Assembly (NCBI GenBank): GCA_051294375.1
Contig: CM119266.1
Span: 14,364,755-14,428,754 of the forward strand
Length of the DNA: 64,000 nucleotides
Direction: 5' to 3'
Origin: Paraspadella gotoi
Taxonomy: Eukaryota; Animalia; Chaetognatha
Of the stretch, positions 27,302 through 38,312 are shown piece by piece. The notes beneath the pieces were generated by a model. The model was not told where the DNA came from, did no database searches, and was given only the letters and a program-made list of their open reading frames with translations. The translations under genes were made by a program, and so were the position numbers. Positions within the stretch are counted from its first letter, which is position 1. Every line of letters begins with the position of its first letter.

Positions 27302-27790
27302 GAGAGAGAAGAGACAGAAAGAGAGTTGCCAGTTTGAAATGCCCGCATTCATCGGGTTTTTTTCCTGCAAGCGGAGAGAAGGGGAAACTAAAAACCAGAA
27401 CTTTTATTCGAAAACGTTTCTTTGTTTTTCGGTGATAAAAGTTTGTGAAGAAAAACCGGAAACTTTCTCCGGGCTAACTTCGGGTTCTCCACTTCCGGAA
27501 AGCGGAGAACGTCCGGCGGGAGGGAGGGAGTTCGAGGGTCGACCTCTATTAAAAAAGAAAATTGAGGATCGCCCGTCATCCCCTCACCTTCACGCCACCG
27601 CCGCGGCCGCCACCCCCCGCGCCGACATCTTGAAAGCATCAACCGCGGTCAGCCGCGCGGGAGAGCTGCTTCCTCCTCAGTCCTCTAACCACAGCATAAT
27701 TCTCGTTCAAACTGGAGACGTCGCTTTAATGCTGATTTGATAGGTCTTCATGATGATAACAACCACTGAAAAAGCCTTCGCTCCGCTCTC
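27021..27790 (-). repeat. Inverted copy of ~34220-34931 (also equivalent to ~50165-50971)
   Basis: AAATAAACATTAAACAAGGGATAAAGTTGGAG.. is the reverse complement of ..CTCCAACTTTATCCCTTGTTTAATGTTTATTT. The match continues to ..GATAACAACCAC..AAAAGCCTT..CTCCGCTCTC. Confidence 0.92.
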
Positions 27791-27851
27791 GTGTCCTCTC
27801 TCTTCTTGCCTCGATCTCTCTTTCTCTTTCTCTCTTCTCTCTCTCTTCTCT

Positions 27852-27896
<45 letters not shown>

Positions 27897-27912
27897 TCTC
27901 TCGTCTCTCTCT

Positions 27913-28226
27913 CCCTTTAGTCGCTCCTTAATTCTCTCTTTCTCCGCCATATCTGTCTCTTTTTATCGTCTCGGTCATTGTTCGTCTGTCGTCCGAGTCG
28001 TCGTCGTCTCTGTTATTCCGCGGAATCTCAAAATATCTTTATGCGCCGTTTGTCCGCGACACGGTCGTCATTGTCGTTTTCTTCGCCGTCGCCCCCTACC
28101 ACACCCCCACCACCCACCCCCTTCTCCTCTTTCGTCATTTGGGGATCGCGTCTGTTGGAAAATCATCGTTTTTCCGATCCTTTGCGTCATTAATTCGGAG
28201 AAAGTCGTTCCTCGTCGTCGTCGACA

Positions 28227-28258
<32 letters not shown>

Positions 28259-29672
28259 TCTCGCCAATGACATTTCCAACAACTCGATTCTTCAGAGCCT
28301 CCCGGCTTCGACGGATCAATCAGCTTTGACCTTCTTGTTAACCGTTGCTCTCCTCTTCCGTTCTCCTCCTCCTCCTCCTCCTCCTCTTCTCATATTCTGA
28401 CCACATACTTCCAATTTTTGATACCGAGAGGAGAGAGATCTCAACCAGCGGCGCGTCAATTCGTTCCGATGACGAGTAAATCCCCTTTCCGCATCCCCAA
28501 TCACCTCTTCAACCCCTAATCCCCCTTATCCATTCCCTATCCTACTTTTCTCGTTTCCCTTATCCGGTTACTCATTTCATTTACCCTTTCCCAACCTACG
28601 TTCTACCCTTCCTTTTCCCCCGGTCCCCACTGCTCCTTTTATTTTCATAGCCCGTTCTTTTAACCCCCGTCTGTAATATCAATTGCCTTGTTGTTTTAAG
28701 CTCCGTATTTCACAGCCCGACAATTCCCTTTCACCTTTGCCATTCACCATCCGGCCCTCCCACCATCCCTTTCCCACCATACAAAGTCCCCATTTTTCTC
28801 TCCGATTGCTTCTATAATTTCCTCCTTCACCACCCAACACCTCTCACCCAAATCTCCCTCAAACCCACCCCAAACCCTCGCGCTATCGGCCTCTCCCATT
28901 TACCAATTACCCCCGCAGATTCTTCGCCTCAATTAGTGATCGAGGCGACGCGGATGCCCCTTTATTTTTTTTCTTTCCTTTTTTTTTTTACTTTTTCTAA
29001 GGGGAGGGGTCGATGCGTCTGGTAACTATTTTGAGCGCCATTCGATAGGCATGTATGTTTTGCCGCATGGCCAGTTCGCCCATTTCGTAATCCTTCTGTC
29101 TTCTGTCTCCTCTCTCCTCTCTCTCTCTCTCCGTCTCTCTCTTCTCTCTCTCTCTGTCTCTCTCTCTCTCTCTGCTCTCTCTCCTTCTCACCGCAACGTT
29201 TTATCTCCTTTCCATCNNNNNNNNNNNNNNNNNNNNNNNNNTCTTTCCCTTTCCTCATTTTCCTCGCCCGATTTCCTCTACTAATTCCTTCTCTCCATCA
29301 TCCTTTTCAATTCTTTCCGAACTCAAATTCAAACTCCGACTCACTTTCAACGACTTTCTTCATTTTTTTTTTCTTTCTTTTTTATTTTCAACGATTTTTC
29401 TTCCTTTCTTTCTTTTATCCTCACCCTATTTGACTTTTTTCCTTCGGTTAGTTTCGCTCTTTTTTTTTATCTACTATCCCTCTTTTTTTCTTCATTTGGA
29501 AACTGATGACTTCATAAATTATGAGTTAATGAACTTTATTCTTTTCCGATAACCCTGATATTTAAAACTGGAAGTCAACTGTTTTTCAATTAATTATATT
29601 TGTTTTTAATTTTTTTTTTTCGGTATAACATCATCTTTCCCGCTGTAAAATTTTTGGCTCTCCCGCCTGTGT

Positions 29673-29705
<33 letters not shown>

Positions 29706-31370
29706 TGAACTGACGAGGGTCGGAACAAAAATATCAGATTTGGAGAAAATTAACTTCATAATTTGGCTCATTTTTTGAGAAAAATCTTTTTCGTTATCGC
29801 GTCTCTCGTCCCATTATCATCGGGAAGGGGGGGTTACAGTATCTTGGGATGAAACGAAATTCTCCTCTTTAATCTATAATAATTTTTTTAATGTTTAGTT
29901 TGATATGAACTATTTCAAAGCCTAGTTTTTAAAAAAAATTAACCTAACAGTTTATGGGTTTCGGTCTTCGGTCTTCATTAGAAACTCTATTCTCGCCCTC
30001 TTTGCTTCTCTCTATGTCTCCCTTCCCCGCTGATGCCGACCCGTGACCTCTCTCTCCTCTCATCTCTCCGTCGGGTCCTCTCGTCGTCATCGCTCTATCT
30101 CATCATCTGCTCCGTCTCTCTCTCAATCTTCACTCTCTCTCAGTCTCATCGTCATCTCTCTCATCTTTTATCGCTTTTGCTGAAGTCTTTACGTAAAAAA
30201 AAATCGGTTTTGAAATTAACGATTTTTTTGACGACGGTTTTGTTACGACCCTTCTCGGCCGTCCGCCATTTTGGCTGCGAGGCGGAAGAACTTGTCAAAA
30301 GCCTTTGACGCCGACGGCGGTGACGAAGACGACGATGACGAAAAAGAAAATGGCGAGACGACGACGACGAAAACGACGATAGCGAAGAAAAGGAAAGACG
30401 AAGAAGCCTTATTTTCTTTAACGCGTTTTTCCTGGCTTCCCTTCTAATCTGTTTTTCATCGGTGTTGGCTGCGAGGGTGTGCTATGGCAGAAGCCTTTGC
30501 ACGCCTCCTCCTCGGCAAAACCCCTTCTCTTCCTCCTTCTGCACCCCCCAACCCCCCCACCCCCCTTTCCACTCTTGCCAATTCTTCGCCATTTTGTCCG
30601 ACGGAAATCCGTCCTCTTTCTCCCGACTTTATTTCTCCCCCAAAATTATGGCGAGTCCGACGGTTAGCGGTTTTTCTCGCTAATTCCAAAACCGATATTT
30701 TTTTTTTTCGTCGAAGTTCGGTCTTCGTGCGCCGACTGGCGTCTCTTTTCCGGCCCACTTCCGCCTCTCAGCGCGCGAATATGTTTCAGATTAAAAAACA
30801 TGAAGCCTAAACTACCGATCAGAAAAAATCATAACAAGGAGGAAGAAGACGTATTTTCGCCCAAACATCGCGTTTCTCTTCCAGATTTTCGCGCCGCGAG
30901 TTTATGTTTCTCGTAATGGAGGCTGGCGCCGGTCGGCGTCTCAAACACTTTCATTGCCAAACGCGGAACCTCGTTTATTTTCTTTGTTTTTTTTTTTGTT
31001 TTGTTTTTTTTCTCATCTATAGTTTAGAGAGCGCCTCTGTCGGCGGTTTTGAATAATACAATTGTATAAAAATCGTTAAATAGTGTATAGTTTCAAATTA
31101 AGGACGAGTGAAACTTTGAATTAACTCCTGTCCCTTTTGGTAGGACCTGTTCAATCATCGGTAAAGCCGTCGCATAGCCCGCCAATGATTTTAAATAACA
31201 TTTATGCCAAGAAACGGATTTGCCGACGGCAGGAGAGACGGCAAAAGAATGAATTAAAAACAAAGGATCAAATTTCTTTGTTTTTTTTCTTTCTTGATCC
31301 CCATTTTGTTGGTTTTATGGGGTTTTTGAGATTCCGAAAAATTTGCTGCCGAAAGATTTGTCGTTGTTGT
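27913..31370 (+). repeat. Direct duplication A, copy 2
   Basis: Colinear with 13591-17016 and continues into unique intron sequence after 31370. Confidence 0.93.
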
Positions 31371-31468
31371 GGTTTTCTGGCCAGAATGAATGATACGCGA
31401 GGCCCCGATCGAGCATTTAGCCGTGATCGTGAATATCCGGCACGATTATGACCCTAGTTACAGATGGT

Positions 31469-31540
<72 letters not shown>

Positions 31541-31937
31541 NNNNNNNNNNNNNNNNNNNNNNNNNNNNNNNNNNNNNNNNNNNNNNNNNNNNNNNNNNNN
31601 NNNNNNNNNNNNNNNNNNNNNNNNNNNNNNNNNNNNNNNNNNNNNNNNNNNNNNNNNNNNNNNNNNNNNNNNNNNNNNNNNNNNCTCTAATCTGTACATC
31701 AATCTTGGCTGCGAGCTCTCTTCAACTCAAATCCATTAATCATCATCATAAATGCTGACTTTTGTTCGAGGGATGACAGAGCGCCCCCCGCTCCCCCCCT
31801 CACCGCCCCCTCTCCTCGAACTTCACTCTCTTCCACTCCCTCTCTATCCCCTTAACCTCCCCAGGGGCGCGAGGTCGATAGCTTTTTATCCCGAATTCGC
31901 TTATACATTTTATATCCTCGGAAGACATTTGAACCGA

Positions 31938-31970
<33 letters not shown>

Positions 31971-32091
31971 GCGCTAAACGTCGATTGTTGTCGTTGTCGA
32001 ATTGTTTTCCTTCGACGCCCATTAAAGCGGCTTACCTCTTTTAATTCTCCGCCCCACTCTTCCTTCCTCCTCGCCCCGGAGGATTCGACTG

Positions 32092-32123
<32 letters not shown>

Positions 32124-34194
32124 TCGTTGACTTTTCCTTAATTTTCGTTCTTGTTTTAACTTCGTCTTTTCTCTTTCTTTATCCTTTTCCTCCCTGACCT
32201 CACCTTTCCTTACTTTTCTCTCCCTTTCGACCTTCTCTTTTCTCCCCTTTCTCTCTTCATTTCTTTCCCAATTTTATGTCTTTTTTTCCCCCTCTGCCTT
32301 TCTTTTAAACCCTTTACACCCTTTTCCTCCCCTTTTCACTCCTTTCCTCCCTTTCCCTTCCTTTTTTCCTCCCTTTTTCCTCCATTTTCCTCCCTTAATG
32401 GTTTCCCTGTTTCCAGATCTTCCTTCCGATAATCCCCGCGACCTTCCGGCGAGCGACCGAGCGACGAGGCGAAATCGTCAACACGCCCAACGAGACACAC
32501 TCCTTTCCTTTTTTTTTATTTTTCTTTTTTGTTTTTCCTTTTTCCTCCTTTCCTTTTTTTTATTTTTCTTTTTTGTTTTTCCTTTTTCCTCCTTTTTTTT
32601 TTACTTAAACTCATTCTTCCACTTTTTCTCACTCGAAAACTGGCAGCGTTTACAAAAACGGTTTTCATGGCTCTGCAATTCATCAAATGATCCAAATTCG
32701 TTCTACCTTTAACTATTTCACCAGCCAAAGCTTAAAAACTAAAAAAACATATATTTTCTCTTTGTTTTCCTTTCGTTTTTGCTTTGTTTTAGTTTTCCTT
32801 GAAATCATTCCAGGTCATTCCATTTTATTCTCCGTCAATTTCTTTCATTTTTTTTTCCATTTTCGATGATCGATGAAAAATCTTTTGGGGCAAAATCGGC
32901 GCCAAAATTGCGAGGTCAGTCTTTAACCGTTTTTAACCGGCGCTTTACTTTCTTCCGTCTCCTTTCTCCGGATTCGCTTCCGGTTTCCGGGATTTCTCGG
33001 CCTCGTCTTCCTCAGGTTTGGCACCCGACGAAGGCGCTTGGCATCCGAGGCGACGCCCGTCCGAGTTGTCCCGGATCTTTGCAAAGCGACGACGATTTAT
33101 TTTTCGTCGAAACGAAGGTGGTCTTTGAGGGGGCGTGGCATTTGGGTGTAGGGTGACCGTGGCGGCGAATAAGCTCATGACTATTCATATGACGTTTGCA
33201 TTTTCTTTCCAAATAATTTTTTAAATCGCAAAGTAACTATACGTAGGAACGAGCCGATCAAGAGAAACAACAAAAACAAGCAAACAAGCAATGGGCTAAA
33301 CAAGCATCCGCATTCAAACAAGCACGACGGATTTTGGGTCGTCGCTCGATTGATCGTCCGATTCGATTAGGGTTTCCGCGGAGACTCGTCGACTTTTATC
33401 GCGGTCGTCATCTTCGTCGTCGTCGTCGTCGTCATCTTCGTCGTCGTCGTCGTCGTCGTCGTCTTTAGCATTGAAGTCGTCATCGTTGACTTTGCGCTTG
33501 ACGTGTATGTCATTCACAACAATAACAATAACCACAACAAGATCATCTACAGTAAGCATCTTCTCTTCGACAGATTTTAAAGTTTTGAAACGGAGCCAAT
33601 AACTAATAATAAGTCAAACGTAAAAATGTACATGACTATTCGAGTTGAACTATAGCCTTTCTATCAAGCCTTATATTGAAGTTGTTTTTCGGAAATCGAA
33701 ATTTAACGGACAAAAAGAAAAACAAAAAAATAAGGAAAATTCGTAAACAAAAGTCGTAAAGATTTTCTCCGTCTTTTTTTTTATTCTTTTTTATCTAAAC
33801 CGACGCTTTTTTTTCTTTCTCTCCATCTTTCTATCTTCTTCCTCTCTATCTTTCTCTTTGCCCCTTCTTCCTTCACCCACCCTCTCCCCATCCACAATTC
33901 CCACCCGGACCACCACGTTCCTCGGACGATTCCACCTGGAGGGTCGTTAAGCGTCTGCATTGTTTTTCACTGCTGCCTCAAATAGAAAGGGGAAAAAATA
34001 GGACGGGAAAGAGTAAGCTTCTTCCTGCTTTTATTAAGTGGTTTAAAAAAAAGTTTATAATTATAATTAACGTTTACATCCGCGACTCTCCGATTTTAAT
34101 TCAAACTTTTGATTTTTTTCTCGTTTTCTTTTTTCTTTTTTTTCTTTCTCAGTTTCTCTTTCAAGAAATCTCCTTCCTTATTCTTTCTCCAGCT

Positions 34195-34199
<5 letters not shown>

Positions 34200-34226
<27 letters not shown>

Positions 34227-35073
34227 CGGAGGGAAGGCTTTTTCCGTGGTTGTTATCATCATGGAAGAACCTATCAAATCAGCATTAGCGGACGTCTCCA
34301 GTTGAACGAGAATTATGTGTGGTTAGAGACTGAGGAGGAAGCAGCTCTCCCGCCGCGGCTGACGCGGTGATGCTTCAAGATGTCGGCAGCGGGGGAGGCG
34401 GCCGCGGCGGTGGCGGAAGTGAGGGGGGGATGACGGGCGATCCTCAATTTTCTTTTTTAATAGAGGTCGACCCTCGACTCGACGTTCTCCGTTTCCGGAA
34501 GTGGAGAACCGAAAGTTGCCGGAGAAAGGTTCCGGTTTCTGTCACAACTTTTATCACCGAAAAACAAAGAAACGTTTTTCGAATAAAAGTTCTTTGGNNN
34601 NNNNNNNNNNNNNNNNNNNNNNNNNNNNNNNNNNNNNNNNNNNNNNNNNNNNNNNNNNNNNNNNNNNNNNNNNNNNNNNNNNNNNNNNNNNNNNNNNNNN
34701 NNNNNNNNNNNNNNNNNNNNNNNNNNNNNNNNNNNNNNNNNNNNNNNNNNNNNNNNNNNNNNNNNNNNNNNNNNNNNNNNNNNNNNNNNNNNNNNNNNNN
34801 NNNNNNNNNNNNGAAGACATTTTGAAGATAGTGTTTTACAATCGTCGGTCTCGACTATCGCTTTCTCGCATCGACTTTGCCAAACCCACAGAAAGATTTC
34901 TCCAACTTTATCCCTTGTTTAATGTTTATTTATATCCTACTATGTCGATTTATAGATTTAAGGTTTTCAAAGAATAAAAATAAATACAAGTTAAAAAAAA
35001 ATGTAATCTAATTTGTTCCGCATTGACTAGTGTCATGTTTTAATAATCGTGAGATTTTAATGGACTGATGAAA

Positions 35074-35106
<33 letters not shown>

Positions 35107-35345
35107 TCTCTCTCCTTTTTTTCCTTTCCTCCTTTGCTTTATTCACTCAGCCTTTCCAGCTGTCTCTATTCCTCTCAATTCCTCCACTCCTTACTCTGCC
35201 CCCTTTCCCCTCAGCTCCTCCCCCTACCCTCATCTCCACGAGTCTTCCCTTTCTTTTTAAGATTTTATGCGTCATCATAGAATTTCATTCCGTGATTATA
35301 TCTTTATTCTCCTTCGTAATGCTTCACTTCCCATTCCGACGAGCT

Positions 35346-35416
<71 letters not shown>

Positions 35417-36393
35417 CTGAATAAACTGTCATTTTCTTTTCCAGATCACAAAGTTGAAGATCGACTCCAATCCTTTCGCCAAAGGATTCCGTGACTCTTC
35501 CCGACTAACGGACATCGAGAGGTGAGTTCATTTTTAGATAAATTATATATTTAATTAACTAGTCTATTGTATTATTTAAAGGAGCCATTAAACGTAATTA
35601 TGACATTTCTGAATCCCATTCAAAAATGTTCCCAGACTTGCAATTCATATATGCATTCGACCTGAGTCACATAAAATGAATAAAGCCGGTCTTTCGTTCC
35701 CGAAAAGGAGATTCCTTTGTACCTTCAGCAGCTTTTACCACTGTTACTCTAGCATAACTAATTCCTTTCTCCATCATATTCATACTGATTCTATCCTCAG
35801 CCTTTTTTAACCAAGTGTCTTTGTTTGTTTTAAACAATTATCAGTTCAACTAAGTCGCATTTTAGATTTCTTGTCAATTTTCCCAACGTCGACAACGATG
35901 ACAGGGTCTTTCCTCCTCCTCCTTCTTTTTCATCCCTAATCCCTCCCCCTTTTCCTAACTGACCCCCTTTCGCTCCCTCCCCTCATCTAATTCTTCCCCC
36001 CAAAAACCCTTTTCAAAAGTCGATCCTCATGGGATCTCTGGTGGCAGAAATTCCAAGTTGACAACTCGACAACTTCCCGGGGACGTCGCCAGGGATTCTG
36101 GTCGTAGTCTCCCATCACGTCGTCGTCGTCGTCGTCGTCGTCGTCGTTTCCCGGGTCATCGTCCTCGACGCCGACGTCATCGATTTTTTTCTCCAAGTTT
36201 GTCGTCGACATTTTTGTCATGTGATCCGATGAGATGTCATCGTCGACGTTTTCTTAGTCGTCGTCTAAGACATTGGGCGGTTCGTCGGGGAATAAAACAA
36301 CCCAGACGATAACAACAACAACGACTTATTCGTCGATTTCGTCGGGATTTCGTTATCGGCTTTTCTTTTCGATTTCCCCGTCGTCGTCGTCGT
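34200..36393 (+). repeat. Direct duplication B, copy 1 (contains a Tbx20 exon); copy 2 at ~50150-52470
   Basis: Colinear from GAGCGGAG..AAGG..CTTTTCCGTGGTTGTTATCATCATGG to TTTCGATTTCCCCGTCGTCG. Copy 1 ends at a 25-N gap. Confidence 0.93.
35445..35521 (+). CDS. TBX20: Tbx20 exon closing the T-box: ITKLKIDSNPFAKGFRDSSRLTDIE(S)
   Basis: Acceptor ttttccAG and donor AG|GTGAGT. The motif NPFAKGFRDSSRL is present, and the exon is in phase with exons 13143-13334 and 55536-55975. Confidence 0.95.
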
Positions 36394-36418
36394 NNNNNNN
36401 NNNNNNNNNNNNNNNNNN

Positions 36419-36740
36419 ACCACCCAAAGAAGAAGAGGATATGGGGACGATTAAGAATGGCCGTAAATAATATTTATCCCGATCAGATATGCCGAGACTC
36501 GCGTGGTGGAAAGCCCGGCCAAGCTGCCCGAAGATCTGATCGGCGAGATCGGCGGGCACTTGGCTCGTGGTGCGGGATGTCGATACATGACGTCTTCGAA
36601 CTCTTCATCGTCTGCTTCGGTGCGGCACGTCGTCGTATCAAGCGGCAAATCAAGTCCAAACTGTTCCAGGGATACGAGTCAAAAAATGAGTCTCAATGTT
36701 CGCAGTGTCCATCAGAAGATTTTTGCTCATATGTTAATTT
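36419..36740 (+). CDS. C-terminal fragment (pre-TM2/TM2) of a DEG/ENaC/ASIC family channel, frameshifted
   Basis: Joining frames across an indel gives ..RVVESPAKLPEDLIGEIGGHL(G)xWCGMSI..VFELFIVCFGAARRRIKRQ. This matches the family pattern E-x-P-A-x(4)-L-L-[GA]-D-[IF]-G-G-x-L-G-L-W-x-G-x-S..E-L with a GxS filter. The 5' end is cut by a 25-N gap. Confidence 0.75.
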
Positions 36741-37168
36741 TCTGTTATGTATAATCAGTATTAACGATAATCATGGAATGATGTTATGTAGATTAGACAT
36801 TATGTGGGTAGGGACAGGCTTTTTTTTAATATTTTATGTTAATCGATTATACAATTAACTATGTTCAAATGCAATGTCATCCGGCCAATATTTTTCTTTT
36901 AAATTGGTGAAAGGGACGACTAACACCGATACAGCTATTAATGAAAATTAATATCATTTATTGCAATTTTATTAAACATGTTACTCTCGTTTTTACTGAT
37001 GTTTATTTTTTTTATCAATGTCATGAAATCTTAAAATATAATCCCGCTTCTCTTTTCGACGCAAGAATCTTTTTTTTCTTTCGGTAGATCATTTGTTTAA
37101 TTTTACTTGTGAAATTTTCCTTCCAACTCTTGAGCTCCTCCCTTTTAAAGAATCTTTTCGCGGCTTAT

Positions 37169-37181
37169 GTTTCCTAGTAAC
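37169..37181. promoter_or_regulatory. RFX X-box-like site GTTTCCTAGTAAC
   Basis: Near-palindromic match to the RFX consensus, at the start of a GC-rich island ~430 bp upstream of the ATG at 37613. Confidence 0.45.
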
Positions 37182-37612
37182 GTTTCCGCAGCCATCCTAC
37201 TCTTCGCCCGCCGGCGGTCAGGGTCCAGCAGCGGATGCAGCAGCCGCGGCGACAGCCTCGGCATCTCCGTCGCTGCTCAGGCGTTCCGTAGTATCTGGCC
37301 TGAATCGAGAGCAGAAAAAAAAGGTGGAAAACCGAAAAAGACTCGATGATAGATCTTCAATTTTTTGGCCGAAGTTTTTTTTAAATTTGGATAAAGCCAG
37401 AATATAAATCAGTCTAAGGATTTTTAAAACAAGAAAACAAAACAAAAAAACCAAGAAACCCCAAAAATTTCTTTGGATCTTATTAAACGCGTTATTCTTA
37501 AACAGACACTTTGAACTAAAATCTGAAAAAAAACTTGTAAACGAGAAATCAAAAACAGAAAAAACAAAAACTAAGCTCTTATTATTTTTCTGCCACTAAA
37601 ACTCATAGGATC

Positions 37613-38093
37613 ATGGAGACGTGGATGATCGGGGCGCTGGCTTGTTTCTAACTGTCTCTTTTGTTGCGGGCGTTTTATGCTTCAAATTCGCGCGCGCTGA
37701 TCGATCGACGGCGAGACGCTGGAGCGAGAGACGACGCGGCGACATGACGACGACGACGTTCCGGCTGGTCGGATCCGTGGGCGGAAGCGTGGAAGGACCC
37801 GTGGACGAAGACGAGCACGAAGGGCGTGGAGAGAGGGAAATGGGAGAAAGGAAGAGGGAGAGAGAAGGAGGAAGGGAGAAACACGTCGATCATCGACTTT
37901 AATACTCGGACGCTTGGTGATCCCGCGGAACGAGCTTTTCCAGCCCACGTGTGTGGAAAACAATTAGTAAGGAAGATGCTAGATTCGCTAACGAAACCAT
38001 TCCATTGGCCTTTCAAGACTTCATATCACGCCAATCAGTTACGAGAATCAATTACGAGACGCTTTTCGTTCAGAAAAGCACAGTTGTAATGTA
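37613..38093 (+). CDS. Possible unknown protein with N-terminal hydrophobic segment (frameshifted, boundaries uncertain)
   Basis: An acceptor-like ctcatAG precedes ATG. With one indel it reads METWMIGALACF-LTVSFVAGVLCFKFARADRSTARRWSERRR (hydrophobic stretch, then basic residues). The region is GC-rich and coding-like, with no recognised family. Confidence 0.3.
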
Positions 38094-38312
38094 ATCGTAA
38101 AGCTATTATTGTATTATGTAATTCTGTCCTTTTTATTGCTACTGCCATTTACTCTTATTTCGTTGAGCAAACCTTTAAGTACGTCTAACATGAAATGATA
38201 TTCTAATGTTCTAACACTTCCCATCGAATAATCCTGTCGTGTCGTAATATAATTCTGAAATCATTCGTGAAGCTTGTGTGTACACTAGAAAAAACCAGAT
38301 TCAGCGAATAAA

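Noticed and set aside
31401-31416. 16-mer GGCCCCGATCGAGCAT shared with 54235-54250
   Set aside because: About one exact 16-mer pair is expected by chance in 64 kb, and the flanks do not align.
33314-33559. Acidic 81-aa minus-strand ORF
   Set aside because: The poly-Asp comes from a (GAC)n tract in the Tbx20 intron. No other coding evidence.
37945-37990. HVCGKQLVRKMLDSL resembling an insulin B-chain
   Set aside because: The second B-chain Cys and any A-chain CC-x3-C-x8-C are absent, and the frame is unreliable.
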